From Klebsormidium nitens (lineage: Eukaryota; Plantae; Klebsormidiophyceae), in the NCBI GenBank assembly GCA_000708835.1, contig DF237307.1:1-64000 (forward strand): a stretch of 64,000 nucleotides of DNA, read 5' to 3'. Below the pieces are notes generated by a model. The model did no database searches and had not been told where the DNA came from. It saw nothing but the letters and a program-made list of their open reading frames with translations. The stretch's first letter is position 1, and the number at the start of each line of letters is the position of its first letter. The translations under genes were made by a program, and so were the position numbers. Of the stretch, positions 1 through 15,151 are shown in pieces.

Positions 1-2899
1 ACAGAACTCTGGTTTCTGTAAGAGGGCGCTTCCAGGGTTTCCATGGCTGCTGCATAGGCGACAGAGTTTCCGCTTCGTTCTCTGGTCGTATTGCCGCTTT
101 ATAGCTGAGGCTTTAGGGCAGACGTCACAACGGTGGCGGCATTGACGGTAGAAGCGGAGTGCCCGGGACGAGCGATGAAGGAGGCGTTGTACAGTGTCGC
201 AAATTGGGGGAGCTCTGAGGTGGGCCTATACAATACGGCTCCCTAAAGCAACCGATCGCTTTGCAACGATTGAAGCACGACGACATGCCCCATCATCTTG
301 TGCAAGAATGGGTGGCGCGAAAGGAGGTCGGGATTGCAAAACAGAGGTCATAAAAGTGGACATTTGACCATAAAGCGTTGGCATTCGGAAAGTTTAGAAT
401 ATAAAAAAGAGGAATAGAGATTGCCTATGATAAGTGGGGGATTGTTGGATACATGCGGAAAATCACGGTAAGTACGCCCCGATCATCCTCCGCTGATTTG
501 TAGTCGTTCAATTGAGGTTTGAGGTCCAATCATAGATGGTATGATTCGCGAGGTGGTTGTCGATTCTAATGCCAATATCGACGGTAGAATGCGTGTTCCG
601 AGGTGGTCCGAATCAGTTTAGCAACGTCAGTTGAACTAACGGGCGCTTGAACTCAGATAGGCGCCCGGGAGAGGGTTAAGGTTGTTTGCTGGTCAAGGTA
701 TTAGCCTTGGGTGCAAAGCGTGTATATCTTTGAGTCGGGAATTCTATGTTTGTGTCCCCGAGGACTCGGATTTCGATTCAAGCGACTCATACTTCAAGCA
801 AACGTTGCCAATATATCGAAATTGGTTCGACTATGACCGATTTAAAGCGACCATTGGATCATGGATCGATCGTGTAGGATGATTGTGCCAGGCCGAAATT
901 CGGGTGGTGGATCTCAACCACAAGTTGGAGAATTTGGTACAAATCGGGTTCTAATACGAGTGAAACCCATTTTGATGGACGAAAAGATCTTGCTATGACT
1001 CTGAACAAGATAACGTTGTGTGCACACTCAACTCAAGTATTCTAGTAGTGGTTACACACTTGAAAGGCTGTCCAAGCGCTTGTTTTCAACAGCCAGATTG
1101 AGCTTCAGCGGCGTGAACAATGAATTTTACGATGAGGGTGGGAACCTTTAATCATTCACTAGATGAGCATCAATAAGTTGGTGCACATTGGGAAGACAAG
1201 ATCCTAAAGGAAGTTGGGGATCACGGAGAAGCACATGGCGCATTGGAAGCCAACAGTGCGAGCCGCAGCGAAAGGCGTTGATTGATGAGCGGAGAGCATA
1301 AATTTGAACAATATCAAGAGGGTGTTGTTGCCGGACAACATGGGCGCGGTAAATATTATAGGCGCGTGCAGCATCGAAATGATATTGAAGCCGAAAAGGG
1401 GTGGATAACATGCAACCACATCCAAAATGGAGTGGTACGTTGAAATGTTTGGGTGCAATCATGCCCGCGTGCTGAGCGTTGAAAGTTGCTATCGATTGAC
1501 GGCCATGCCTTCGAGATTAGCTTCCAATAGTTTCGATCAACCCAATTTTGAATGGTAGGGGTCCCCTTATCTACTATCAACCGCGGAGCCGAGATGCAGT
1601 TAAATTGAACTCTTTTCGATCGTTGGGTTGCGAGCTAGTCAACTTTGAGTAGTGCCGTACTTCGACCCTGAATACGGAAGTACGGTTCTACCGCTCTCTA
1701 ATATATGTTCACTCACAAGTTGTTCGAGTGAAATGTAGCCGGTACAATGTGAGTAGTAAAGTTACCTAGCGGCGAGCACAAAGAACTCCATCAGAGTAAG
1801 TGACCAATTGGTGGGGTGAGACGTGGGGGCAAAAGCAAAGCCGGCCAAGACTAAGTAGAGTACATCTACCTGCGGGATCGAACTAACTTGGACTATTTTT
1901 CGGCGATGAATCATCATGTATATGAGAGAACTTGGTGGGTAATGGACTAAGGGCGCTTCTAATAAAGGCGCTTGCATATTGTCGCAAGTATTTTATTCTT
2001 GCGTTCGTTTAGCCTTCAGTAACCCGATTCTGATTAGATGGTTGTAAAACTTCAACATTTCACACGGTGTTACTCTCGACAATGTTTGGTGGAAATTTGC
2101 CATTGGCAAAACCCTGCAAAAAAACAAACTAAAGAAAAGATGGCAGCGTGAACCACCCGCAACATAGGTGTACTTTACTTCAAGCTCTTTTCATTCTCCA
2201 GCTTGACCCCTTGCCAATTAAGCGCAGAGTAGTTGAGCCGATCCTTCACCCCTATCTGTAGATTCTATTGTGGAAGGTTTCAATGTTGGATTTCGAAGCC
2301 CTCGCTTCTTTCTCAAGCCAGACATTGGTCGAGTCTATAATTAAGTCGGAGAGAAGCAAGCTTGAGGATGAAAAGTACATTGCCGCTTTGGTTGTATGAC
2401 TATACACTGGTAAACTCATGTATATAAGGGAAGAGAAAGAAATGGGACCAAATAACCAGTGACGGGTTGAAGGCTTTTCGGTACCAGAGACTTCAGTCTG
2501 CAACATATCTGAGCTTGTAAATTCGTCGAAACAACTGTATTAGGCGTCAACATTAGCTAGCTAAAGACACGTCTGAGCACCGAAGTAAACCACCAAACAC
2601 TCAGCCGTTGTGGCGGATCAGACGGACTTAGACAGAATCTACTAATGTTATTCAAGAAGAAAGTAGCAAGTTTTTCAGAAGTCGTTCCGATGTTTCAAAA
2701 AATGCACTATGTAACACCCAACACGTCCATGTCGATCTCACAACATTCCGTTCTTGCTAGCAAAATCGATAGCTTCGGGGATAGGCATGCTCGATAGGAT
2801 TGAAGCGGATCATTCGGATCCTTTAATTCTAGAGGATCTAGAGGATTCCCGGAACATGAAGAGTCAACGACTCCATCAGATATGATTCCTCTTTACGCG

Positions 2900-5800
2900 T
2901 CACTTTGCCCCTTTCACCAAAACTCCACAAAGTTCTTTGTGTGTTGGCCAACAATTTAGTTGACAATCTCGTCCACAATACCTACAATGATCGAAGTATT
3001 TTTCAAGTCAGTCTTTTGCATGCGATGCTTGGAACTCGAGAGCCAAGAACTCATGCAGGCGTGATTGACGAACCAAATTAGTTGGCCATCACAAAGCAAG
3101 GAATCGTGGGCAACTTCTTGGGACACGTTTCGGGCCTCTTTCGCTGCGGCTCACCAATCGCTTTTGCAACTGGAGCACCGTTGCGCCGCATCCGATCCAC
3201 AACTCGCACACTTGGGTGCTTCGAGCATTTCCTGGACACAGCCAACGTGCAAACCACCTTGGATGAGCCAGTCTTGAGGTCGAGTAGGATGAGTAGGCTG
3301 GTTTTTTGCAAATGGAAAAGCCGTTCGGGTAGTTGAGATACGCGAGATACTGTGTGCCCGACCAAGACGAGGTTCTGAAGTACGGTCCCGACGCGACCGT
3401 AAGTACAACCATGTCAAGCATGCCGTGCACAAGGCCGTCGAGCAAACACAGCGTCGCGCTTTTGCGGTGGCCGAGTGTCCGAAGGGCTCACCTCAAATTC
3501 GAACATGGCAAGCATGTCAGCCATCCGTGACTGCGTGTCGGCCCGCGTCTCCGGTGTGTCTCGGAAGACGGTGCCAAGCTGGGCGCGGCCAAGAATAGCT
3601 GCACCGCACTCACAAGAAAAGATACATCGCCCGCGGTCTTTGCTTGTCCGAGGCAGGGGTGCACCGCCCAGCACAAGAAGCAACAATGAAACATTTGCCA
3701 GCCAAGAAAATGCTCGCGGCCCTCTCGGGCTCTTTGTGAGGCTTGGCACTCACCCCAGTCGGTGCGACGCAGTAGCCGCTCGCGCATCTCCGGCACCTGC
3801 ACCATCCCCAAGCCCGTCGGCGACTTAGCTCAGCGAGGCCTTCTGCTTGGTCACCCACAAAGAGTCTCCCCCGCAACGCTGCTCTTTTCTCGCTATGCAA
3901 ATGCAAATGCAATGCAAATTTGCACCCGGCAAGGTCTCCGCCTCCGACACACCCGTTGCCAAGGGTTACAAAGCTTCCTCGGAGCCACCCCCGCTCCCCC
4001 TCCCCGTGCATGCTGGAGGCCCTCACCTGCTCCAGGATCAGCCGGCTGGCGCGCATGTCGTCCGTGGCGGGCGTCTGCATCAGAGTGAGCTCCTCCAGCA
4101 CCTGCGTCCGCCCAGCCCGGGCCCCCGTCAGCACGGGCGTCGCACCAGTGCTCGCGCGAACCAGAAACCAGGCGTCCCTAGGGCTTCAGCTCAACAGCCA
4201 CGCAAACGACGAAGAAAGCAAGAAGCCANNNNNNNNNNNNNNNNNNNNNNNNNNNNNNNNNNNNNNNNNNNNNNNNNNNNNNNNNNNNNNNNNNNNNNNN
4301 NNNNNNNNNNNNNNNNNNNNNNNNNNNNNNNNNNNNNNNNNNNNNNNNNNNNNNNNNNNNNNNNNNNNNNNNNNNNNNNNNNNNNNNNNNNNNNNNNNNN
4401 NNNNNNNNNNNNNNNNNNNNNNNNNNNNNNNNNNNNNNNNNNNNNNNNNNNNNNNNNNNNNNNNNNNNNNNNNNNNNNNNNNNNNNNNNNNNNNNNNNNN
4501 NNNNNNNNNNNNNNNNNNNNNNNNNNNNNNNNNNNNNNNNNNNNNNNNNNNNNNNNNNNNNNNNNNNNNNNNNNNNNNNNNNNNNNNNNNNNNNNNNNNN
4601 NNNNNNNNNNNNNNNNNNNNNNNNNNNNNNNNNNNNNNNNNNNNNNNNNNNNNNNNNNNNNNNNNNNNNNNNNNNNNNNNNNNNNNNNNNNNNNNNNNNN
4701 NNNNNNNNNNNNNNNNNNNNNNNNNNNNNNNNNNNNNNNNNNNNNNNNNNNNNNNNNNNNNNNNNNNNNNNNNNNNNNNNNNNNNNNNNNNNNNNNNNNN
4801 NNNNNNNNNNNNNNNNNNNNNNNNNNNNNNNNNNNNNNNNNNNNNNNNNNNNNNNNNNNNNNNNNNNNNNNNNNNNNNNNNNNNNNNNNNNNNNNNNNNN
4901 NNNNNNNNNNNNNNNNNNNNNNNNNNNNNNNNNNNNNNNNNNNNNNNNNNNNNNNNNNNNNNNNNNNNNNNNNNNNNNNNNNNNNNNNNNNNNNNNNNNN
5001 NNNNNNNNNNNNNNNNNNNNNNNNNNAACAGCCACGCAAACGACGAAGAAAGCAAGAAGCCAGGGGGGGACGGGGCCTGCGGGGCGAGCCGTGCGCCGGC
5101 GAACCCCTCCAGGTCAGGACGGGGCCAGAGCGGGCGGCTGGCCTGCCCTCCCCCTGCGCATGGCGTTGCGGCACGGCGCGGGCCGGCTCACCCGGTGTAG
5201 GTCCCGCAGGACGGGCAGCTGGTCGTGCAGGGCGGGCGTGAGGCGCGGCTTGAGCTGCAGCGGGGCAGGGGCGCCAGCGGGGGCGGCACGTCAGGACGGG
5301 GCGGGGAGCGGGGCTCAGGGGCAACAGACAGCGTCACCAGGGGGGGCGGGTGTGGGGAATAGCGTACAAAATCCCTAATCTCAAGAAGCATTCCCGATTC
5401 CGCCAGGCGCTAATGAAACATCCGAGCCCTTAGGTTTGCATCGAGCGGCTTCAATCAATTCAATGACTTCCACCAGGCGCCCGTGCGAATCTTGCAGACT
5501 TTGCAAGCGGGGTTCCGCCACAGGGTAGAATTGGACCGCCGACGGATGTCTCCTGAGATCCGGAATGTCCCGAGGGTCGACATTCGAAACCCGAGGTCGA
5601 GTTCTGTACGCTAGTCTCCTTATCCACCCTCCCAGAGCGTGCACACCGTGCGGGTGGAGGAGCAACGGGCGAACGCAGCAGCGGCGCCTGGCGCGGTGGG
5701 CGGGCGTACCTTGAGGACGACGTCGCGGCGGAAGTCGTCAAAGCGGTACTTGGCGCGGCAGCCCGGCTCCACCAACAGGTTGGTCACCGCCAGCCACGCC

Positions 5801-8800
5801 TGCGCCACGGGCGCCACAACCGCTGCTCAGCACCAGCGAAGAGACAAGGGGAACGCAACGCTTGGATGTGTGTACAGCTGAGGCGGCCAGGGCGAGTTTC
5901 CGGGTCCTTCCCAGCCAGACGCGCACCAACCCGTCCACAAGGTTGCACGCGCGCCAAGGCACAACCCCGAAGTGGGAGGGAAGAGGGCGATCCCGCGCCA
6001 CGCTGCGTGTGCTCACCTGCGCATCAGGCTGCTGCAGCTTGGCGCGGTCCGCCGGGGGGATGGCCTGCCAGCGCCCGTCCACGTACCCCTCCACCTGGAC
6101 ACGCCCACCACGAGCTGCAGTGCGCCGCACGGAGCACCAGTTGCGCGATGCGCACAGAGGCAAGAGCAGCGCAGAGCAGGCTGCAGCAGGGCGAGGAGGC
6201 GCGCGTGGGCGCAGGGCGGGGGCGGGCGGCCTCACCAGCTTGCTGCCGTGGTGCACGCGGCGGCGCTGCCAGGGGGGGCTCAGGAGGAGGGGGACCAGCG
6301 TCATGAGGCAGTCGTGGGTGGTCAGCAGGCGGGCCTGCACCCAGGGGCGCGACACGTGAATGCCGCCCCCATCAGGCACAGCAAGCGAGGAGAGCGCGTG
6401 AGTAGGGCCCTTGGCGCAGGCCACGCACCGACGTCGGCCAAAGCGAGGCGCGTGCGGAGGTGGGGGCGGGCTCACCATGACACAGAGGGGGAGGTGGGGC
6501 AGGTAGTCCGTGAGGTAGCGCAGCAGCGTGAGGCAGCAGAGAGCCACGCCAAAGCGGATGGCGGCCGCCTGCACAGCATACCCACGGCACCCGGGTCATG
6601 CCGCGGCCGCCCAGCAGCGCCGGGCGAACATTCGAGCTGAGCCGGCCACCACGGCAGCCTCAGCGCAGCGCTGATGCAGCGGGCGGGGCGGGGGAATGGG
6701 GGCGTGGCGCACCTTGTCCTGCAGCTCCTGCGCAGGGGACAGCGCCAACAGCTCCGCCGCGCTGCGCTCTGCACGTGTGCGCACACACACATGCACGTCA
6801 GTACACAGGGTCCACGTGCATTGCGGGGACCCCAGAGGGGCAGCAGGAGCGGGCAGATTTGAAGCAGCCGGCCTGCCCGAGCGCCTGTCGACAGGCACAA
6901 CAACTCGAGGTTAGCCCATCCAGGCTGGCACAAGCCGGGACGGCGGGTGGCCGACTGGATGAAGGGCATCGAGGAACAGCGCTGGGTTGCCTTCCGCCGA
7001 CGGACAGTCGTGTCAAAGGGTTCGTCTCTCGAACACAAAACTTGTCGAGCAGCAGCATGGCTGCGCGGTGGGCCCACCCTTGAAGCTGGCATCCTGGCGC
7101 CCCTCTGCGTGGAGGTACACCATCTTGCGGTGGCAGAAATCCGCGAGCTGCACGCACAGCGCAGGGCACGTCAGGTCGCGGGAGCCGTCCAAGGTCGTGC
7201 CCAGGGGACTGCCAAGTGCTGCGCGGCGCCGGCCAACGAGAAGCAGGACCGCAGGCAGGGGCAGGCGCCTTGTGCAACATTCGGCAAGACCAATGCTGCT
7301 GCTGTACAGGAGGCCGTGGTTCATGTGGTGCTGCGACGGGCGTGGGTGGCGGGTGTGCACGTGGGCCTGACCTCGAGCAGCGCGTCCTCCCCCGCGGCCT
7401 CGCATGCCTCGCGGTGGAACAGCGCCACCTCCAGCAGGTTGGCCAGCGTGGCCTCGTGGTGCAGCACCAAGTACCTGCAGCGGCCCCCGCAAGCGTCAGC
7501 AGCAGCGCGCGGGGGGGCATGCCGGAACAGGGCCAGCCAGATGCAGAACGAGGCAGGTTCCCCTGGCAGGCGACAGCGGGCATGAGGAGTGAAGGGGGCA
7601 GTGGTGCAGGAGTAGCCGGGGCCTCTTGCTTACACATTGATGGACCCCCCCCCCTGGGCCAGCTCCGCAGCAATGAGCGGGTACACCTGGTCTTTCCACA
7701 CCTGCACAGCCGCGAACAGGCAGGTTTACAAAAGGCTAAAAGGGGTCTCTGGTCAAGCCACGAGCAGGGCAGCTTGCAAGAAGGCCGATCAAGCAGGGGC
7801 CTGGCTGTAGCCCTGCCTCACACAGGCTGGCGTGAAAGTGGCCTGTGTGTAGAATTGAGGCATCGCTGCCCCTGGTGTCCTGTCTTTCTTTGTGGTGTTG
7901 TACAGAGAGCGCCGCACATCACCTCAATGACCAGCAGCTCATGGACCAGGAGCGCCAGCTTGTCGTACGACACCAGGGCCTGCCGGGAGAGAAGCGCCAC
8001 AAATGTCCTTCAGCAGGGCTCGAGCTGGTGGCCAGGCAAATCCGGTTTGGCAGGCCGCGATGGCAAGCGCAATGTACAAGGGCAAGGACAAAGACGGGGA
8101 GGACAGAGACCAGCTGGTAGAGGGCAGGTGCGGTAGAGAGGGCCGGGCCACTGTTGACATCTTCCTGATGCTTCATCAGGCAAGCTCAGCCTGGAGTAGG
8201 GGGTGCAGCGCAGCAGCAGCTCTTCTACTCACCGCCATCACAAACTCGTCCGCATGAGCCAGTGCATTGTGGTGCGCCTGTAGAAGAATGAAACCATCGG
8301 AGGCTTTCTTAGGCTCTTTTGTTCTGAGAAAGACACGTGCCTTCATGTTGACTGGCCAGGTTGTCACTACAGATCCCAGTGAAGTGTTGGCTATGCAGCA
8401 GTGCTAGCTTGCGGCAGACAGCACGTCCTGTCAGCATAGCGAGCTGCAAAACAAGCAGCAACAAGTAGTGCCAGTAGTGGTGAACAAGATTGTGTGCATT
8501 ACTTGGATGTTGAGCTTCTCCAGCACATCGTGCTGCTGCAGCCATGCCATGCTGCCCACCTGCACGAGACACACCAGAGGGGATGGGGAAGGGGCAGCCC
8601 AGGTCTGTGAGCAAGGAAGCAGCCGACAGTCCACACAAGGAGTACACCGGGGCTCTCAATTGAGAATGAGCCACGTCCAACCACTGATGCTAACAATCGC
8701 ATATTTGAACCTCCCAGCTGGAAGTTGTGCACATCAGACAAATTGCACCAACCACTTTCAATGCAGCTGAGCAGAAAGCAGACTCTTCACAATAACAACA

Positions 8801-9085
8801 CTCACATCATCAACGTCAAAAGGTTGGAGCTGATCAACAAGACGTTCGGCCTCAGGGGCTGTCAAAAGGACCTGCAAGTTCAACCATACCAGGAGTGAGG
8901 GAACACAAAAGGATAAATGCAGCTTACTTATGCACGAAAGTGCAATAACCACTTCTAGTCATCATTTGGGTGGTGTTTGTGCTTGATAAATCTCTTGGAC
9001 GTCCAGCAATTAGAAGAAAGTTGTCATAACATACCCCATCTTCCGCACGGAGGTAGGGCGCTGGACCTCGGTCTTGGATGTCCAT
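2900..9085 (-). CDS. ZMYND10: Zinc finger MYND domain protein 10 (BLU/DNAAF7), axonemal dynein assembly factor; multi-exon
   Basis: Spliced exons read MDIQDRGPAPYLRAEDG|VLLTAPEAERLVDQLQPFDVDD|VGSMAWLQQHDVLEKLNIQ|AHHNALAHADEFVM|EALVSYDKLALLVHELLVIE|VWKDQVYPL|YLVLHHEATLANLLEVALFH|...|LKPRLTPALHDQLPVLRDLHR|VLEELTLMQ...LILEQ|VPEMRERLL. They end in a MYND finger CASCGSDAAQRCSSCKSDW|YCGRDCQLNCWPTHKELC. Stop TGA at 2900-2902. All introns checked are GT-AG. Confidence 0.9.
4229..5026. other. Assembly gap (798 N) inside a ZMYND10 intron; flanks share a duplicated 36-mer
   Basis: aacagccacgcaaacgacgaagaaagcaagaagcca occurs at 4193-4228 and again at 5027-5062. Confidence 0.95.
5362..5611. mobile_element. 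Candidate MITE (about 250 bp, short TIR, TA target duplication) in a ZMYND10 intron
   Basis: Left ta|gcgtacaaaat and right gttctgtacgc|ta form an imperfect 11-bp inverted repeat flanked by TA on both sides. The interior is AT-richer than the surrounding GC-rich intron. Confidence 0.45.
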
Positions 9086-9360
9086 TTCTTGACAGACTGA
9101 AAGGCAAAGGACAACCCCACCAGGAGTTGGCAGCTCCTGTCCTCAGCATGTCCTGCAGCCTGCCCGCTTGTAGCTCAAACTTACTACCTAGTCAAAGTGC
9201 CTGCGTACGAAAGCTCTGGAACCAACTTTGATTCTGAACCGTGTAGGTACCTCCGGTGTGAAGCTTCGACTCGGTCACTTCATGAACGCGTGCACTCGGG
9301 TGCCACTGCAAAGCGCTGATCAAGACAAGGTACCTATGGCCGGCAGGCATTGGAATTTGG

Positions 9361-9590
9361 AACCCTAATTTCGGTGGCGTGTGTCGTGAAATCCAGGAGC
9401 GTCGTCCGATTGCAGGCCGATTGACCGGAATACATACAAACCGTCCGATGCTTGCCCTCATCGACGGCCTTTAACCTCGACGTCGAGGTCAGTTCATCGG
9501 GGTTGCTGATTGTGCGACACGTGGACTCCGAGTCCGGCAAGCCGGCCAGGCCCAGGCGGGCCAGGGCACGAGATCTGGCCAGGCCCAGGC
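9361..9590. promoter_or_regulatory. Bidirectional promoter region (ZMYND10 / DEAD-box helicase) with telo-box-like and site-II motifs
   Basis: AACCCTAAT at 9361-9369. GGCCCA at 9549-9554 and 9582-9587 within a repeated ggccaggcccaggc. Perfect 16-bp palindrome acctcgacgtcgaggt at 9474-9489. The two start codons are only 667 bp apart (9085 and 9752). Confidence 0.45.
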
Positions 9591-9751
9591 CCCCAGTGAC
9601 GCAGTGACTGTGTCGAGTCCAGGCCCCAGGGCTGCGTGAATTCCAAGCTCATGGTGGCAGATTGCTTCACTTTGCAAATTTCGACTTATGGAAGACGCCC
9701 TCAAAGCGTTCTGACAGAGACCTGAAGGTGGGCGTACGCTAAGGTGCAGCA

Positions 9752-13533
<3,782 letters not shown>

Positions 13534-15151
13534 GAGCGCGAGTGAGGGGTGTTAACCAGATGTGCGACGATGCATTGTTTTCGAGCAGAGAGTGTTACTG
13601 GCAGGTGGGGGCTTGGGCAGGGGATGTCCATTGACCGGAAATTGTTTTGTCCTCTTGATTCCTTGCTGCGTCCGCGGGCTGTACAGATAGTCGCATGTGG
13701 AGTCGACGCACTCTGGCTGGACTTTTAGTTTTCGAGGTACACATAGTAGGTAGGTACTTGGAGCAAGGGGCAGGTCGCAGGATCTGCGCACATCCTCCCA
13801 CTACCAATCTTTGAGGGGCGACATAGCAGATTGTAGAGAGCCTTCTCTAGTGCTGCCCGCATCATACAGAGGTGACTCGCAGCTTCCACGTATACTGCTC
13901 TTGTTGGGCGCAATTGGTCCAATTGGGAGATAAACAGGGCAACGCATCATTTTGGTGGCGAGTTCGAACACTGACGCCATCGGAATGACCAGGCTGTGAA
14001 CACTCGGATATTGAGCGGCACTAAAGCAACGTGATATTGTGCTGCCGAATTTCTGCTAGCGAAGCCGGCTGACCCGAATAGTACGGCATATGATCACTCT
14101 GCATCAGTGCACTTCGAAGGGTGTCGATGTACAATTTGGGGAATTCATGCCGAATGTTCGAGTCCTGTGGCTGTGGTGAGTCGGAAGTGTCTACTTGGCG
14201 GTGCAGTGCAAGACTACAGCTCCTGGAGCCCCAACCAGCTGGTCGTCTTGCACAGCTCTTGATTGAACACACGTCCTTTCTAGAGCTCACGCGCCAGCCA
14301 GATCATACCTAGCTAGATCCGAGTCCAAGGATCTCATCTTCTTGTTTCGTTGATCTGATGCATGGTTACATCACATGCCAGAAGCACATGATGTCAACTG
14401 CCAAAGTTAAGGGCCGGACTAGGATAGCAGCTCAGCGCACATTCATGAGTCAGGCAAATTATTGAAATATTAGACCCAAGTGCACATGCATGAATGAGGT
14501 GTTGGGCATGATGCAGCTGCAAGGAGAGTGCTCAGGTCGCTCATATGGTTCTTCAGTGTGAATGCACATTGCCTTGTACTGCCAGGCTGGTGCTAAAGAT
14601 GCAGACAAATGCACCTGTCAGATTGATTACTATGAATTATCAAATGAATTCAGCACGGACGCAGATTTTGTGGTCTCTGCATGTTCTCAATGCAAAAGGT
14701 CTGTGATGACTTCAAGCCGCAACTGCAGTCCCGCGAGAGACCACGACAGCAACATCAACGCCTTAATAAGGTCCCCTCTATGGCCAGGAACCGGCTTGGC
14801 CATGTGCAAGGATACTTACCATGTGTATGATAGTCAATTTGTGCTGATGTCGCCCGGATTTTTAAGCCGTTTTGACTCGAATTTTACAACGTTCGCACTC
14901 TTCCCCAAATATGCAGACAGCAATGCCAACTCTTCATGATATATGCTCGAGCGTGCTAACTTTCAGGTAACATATTCCATACAACCTTATTGTGCGGATT
15001 TGTCAAGCCGGAAGGGTGTCTGCGCTTTTCAAGCACGACAGCATAGGCCTGAACTCAGCCAAAAGCTCTTGATACCTTCAAGCGGGGATACGACCCGCCC
15101 AGTGCACTTGCTCGAGCACTCTGCGTGATGGAAGCACTGCGTGGGCTGCAG

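Noticed and set aside
1-2890. AT-richer region with short ORFs (682-882, 1148-1462, 1204-1458, 1762-1977, 2252-2506) that might be a decayed transposon or viral gene
   Set aside because: Hand translation of these frames gave frequent stops and no recognisable domain motif. I could not assign it; a translated search would be needed.
3847-5324. Long ORFs running through the N gap (also 15247-17982)
   Set aside because: Artefacts of N translated as X, plus stop-poor GC-rich intron sequence.
13955-13990. tRNA-like T-loop (gagttcgaac)
   Set aside because: No T-stem pairing, no cloverleaf and no A box.
14562-14939. 125-aa Cys-containing ORF between the helicase and P5CDH
   Set aside because: No recognisable domain or supporting splice structure. 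It lies in probable 3' UTR or intergenic DNA.
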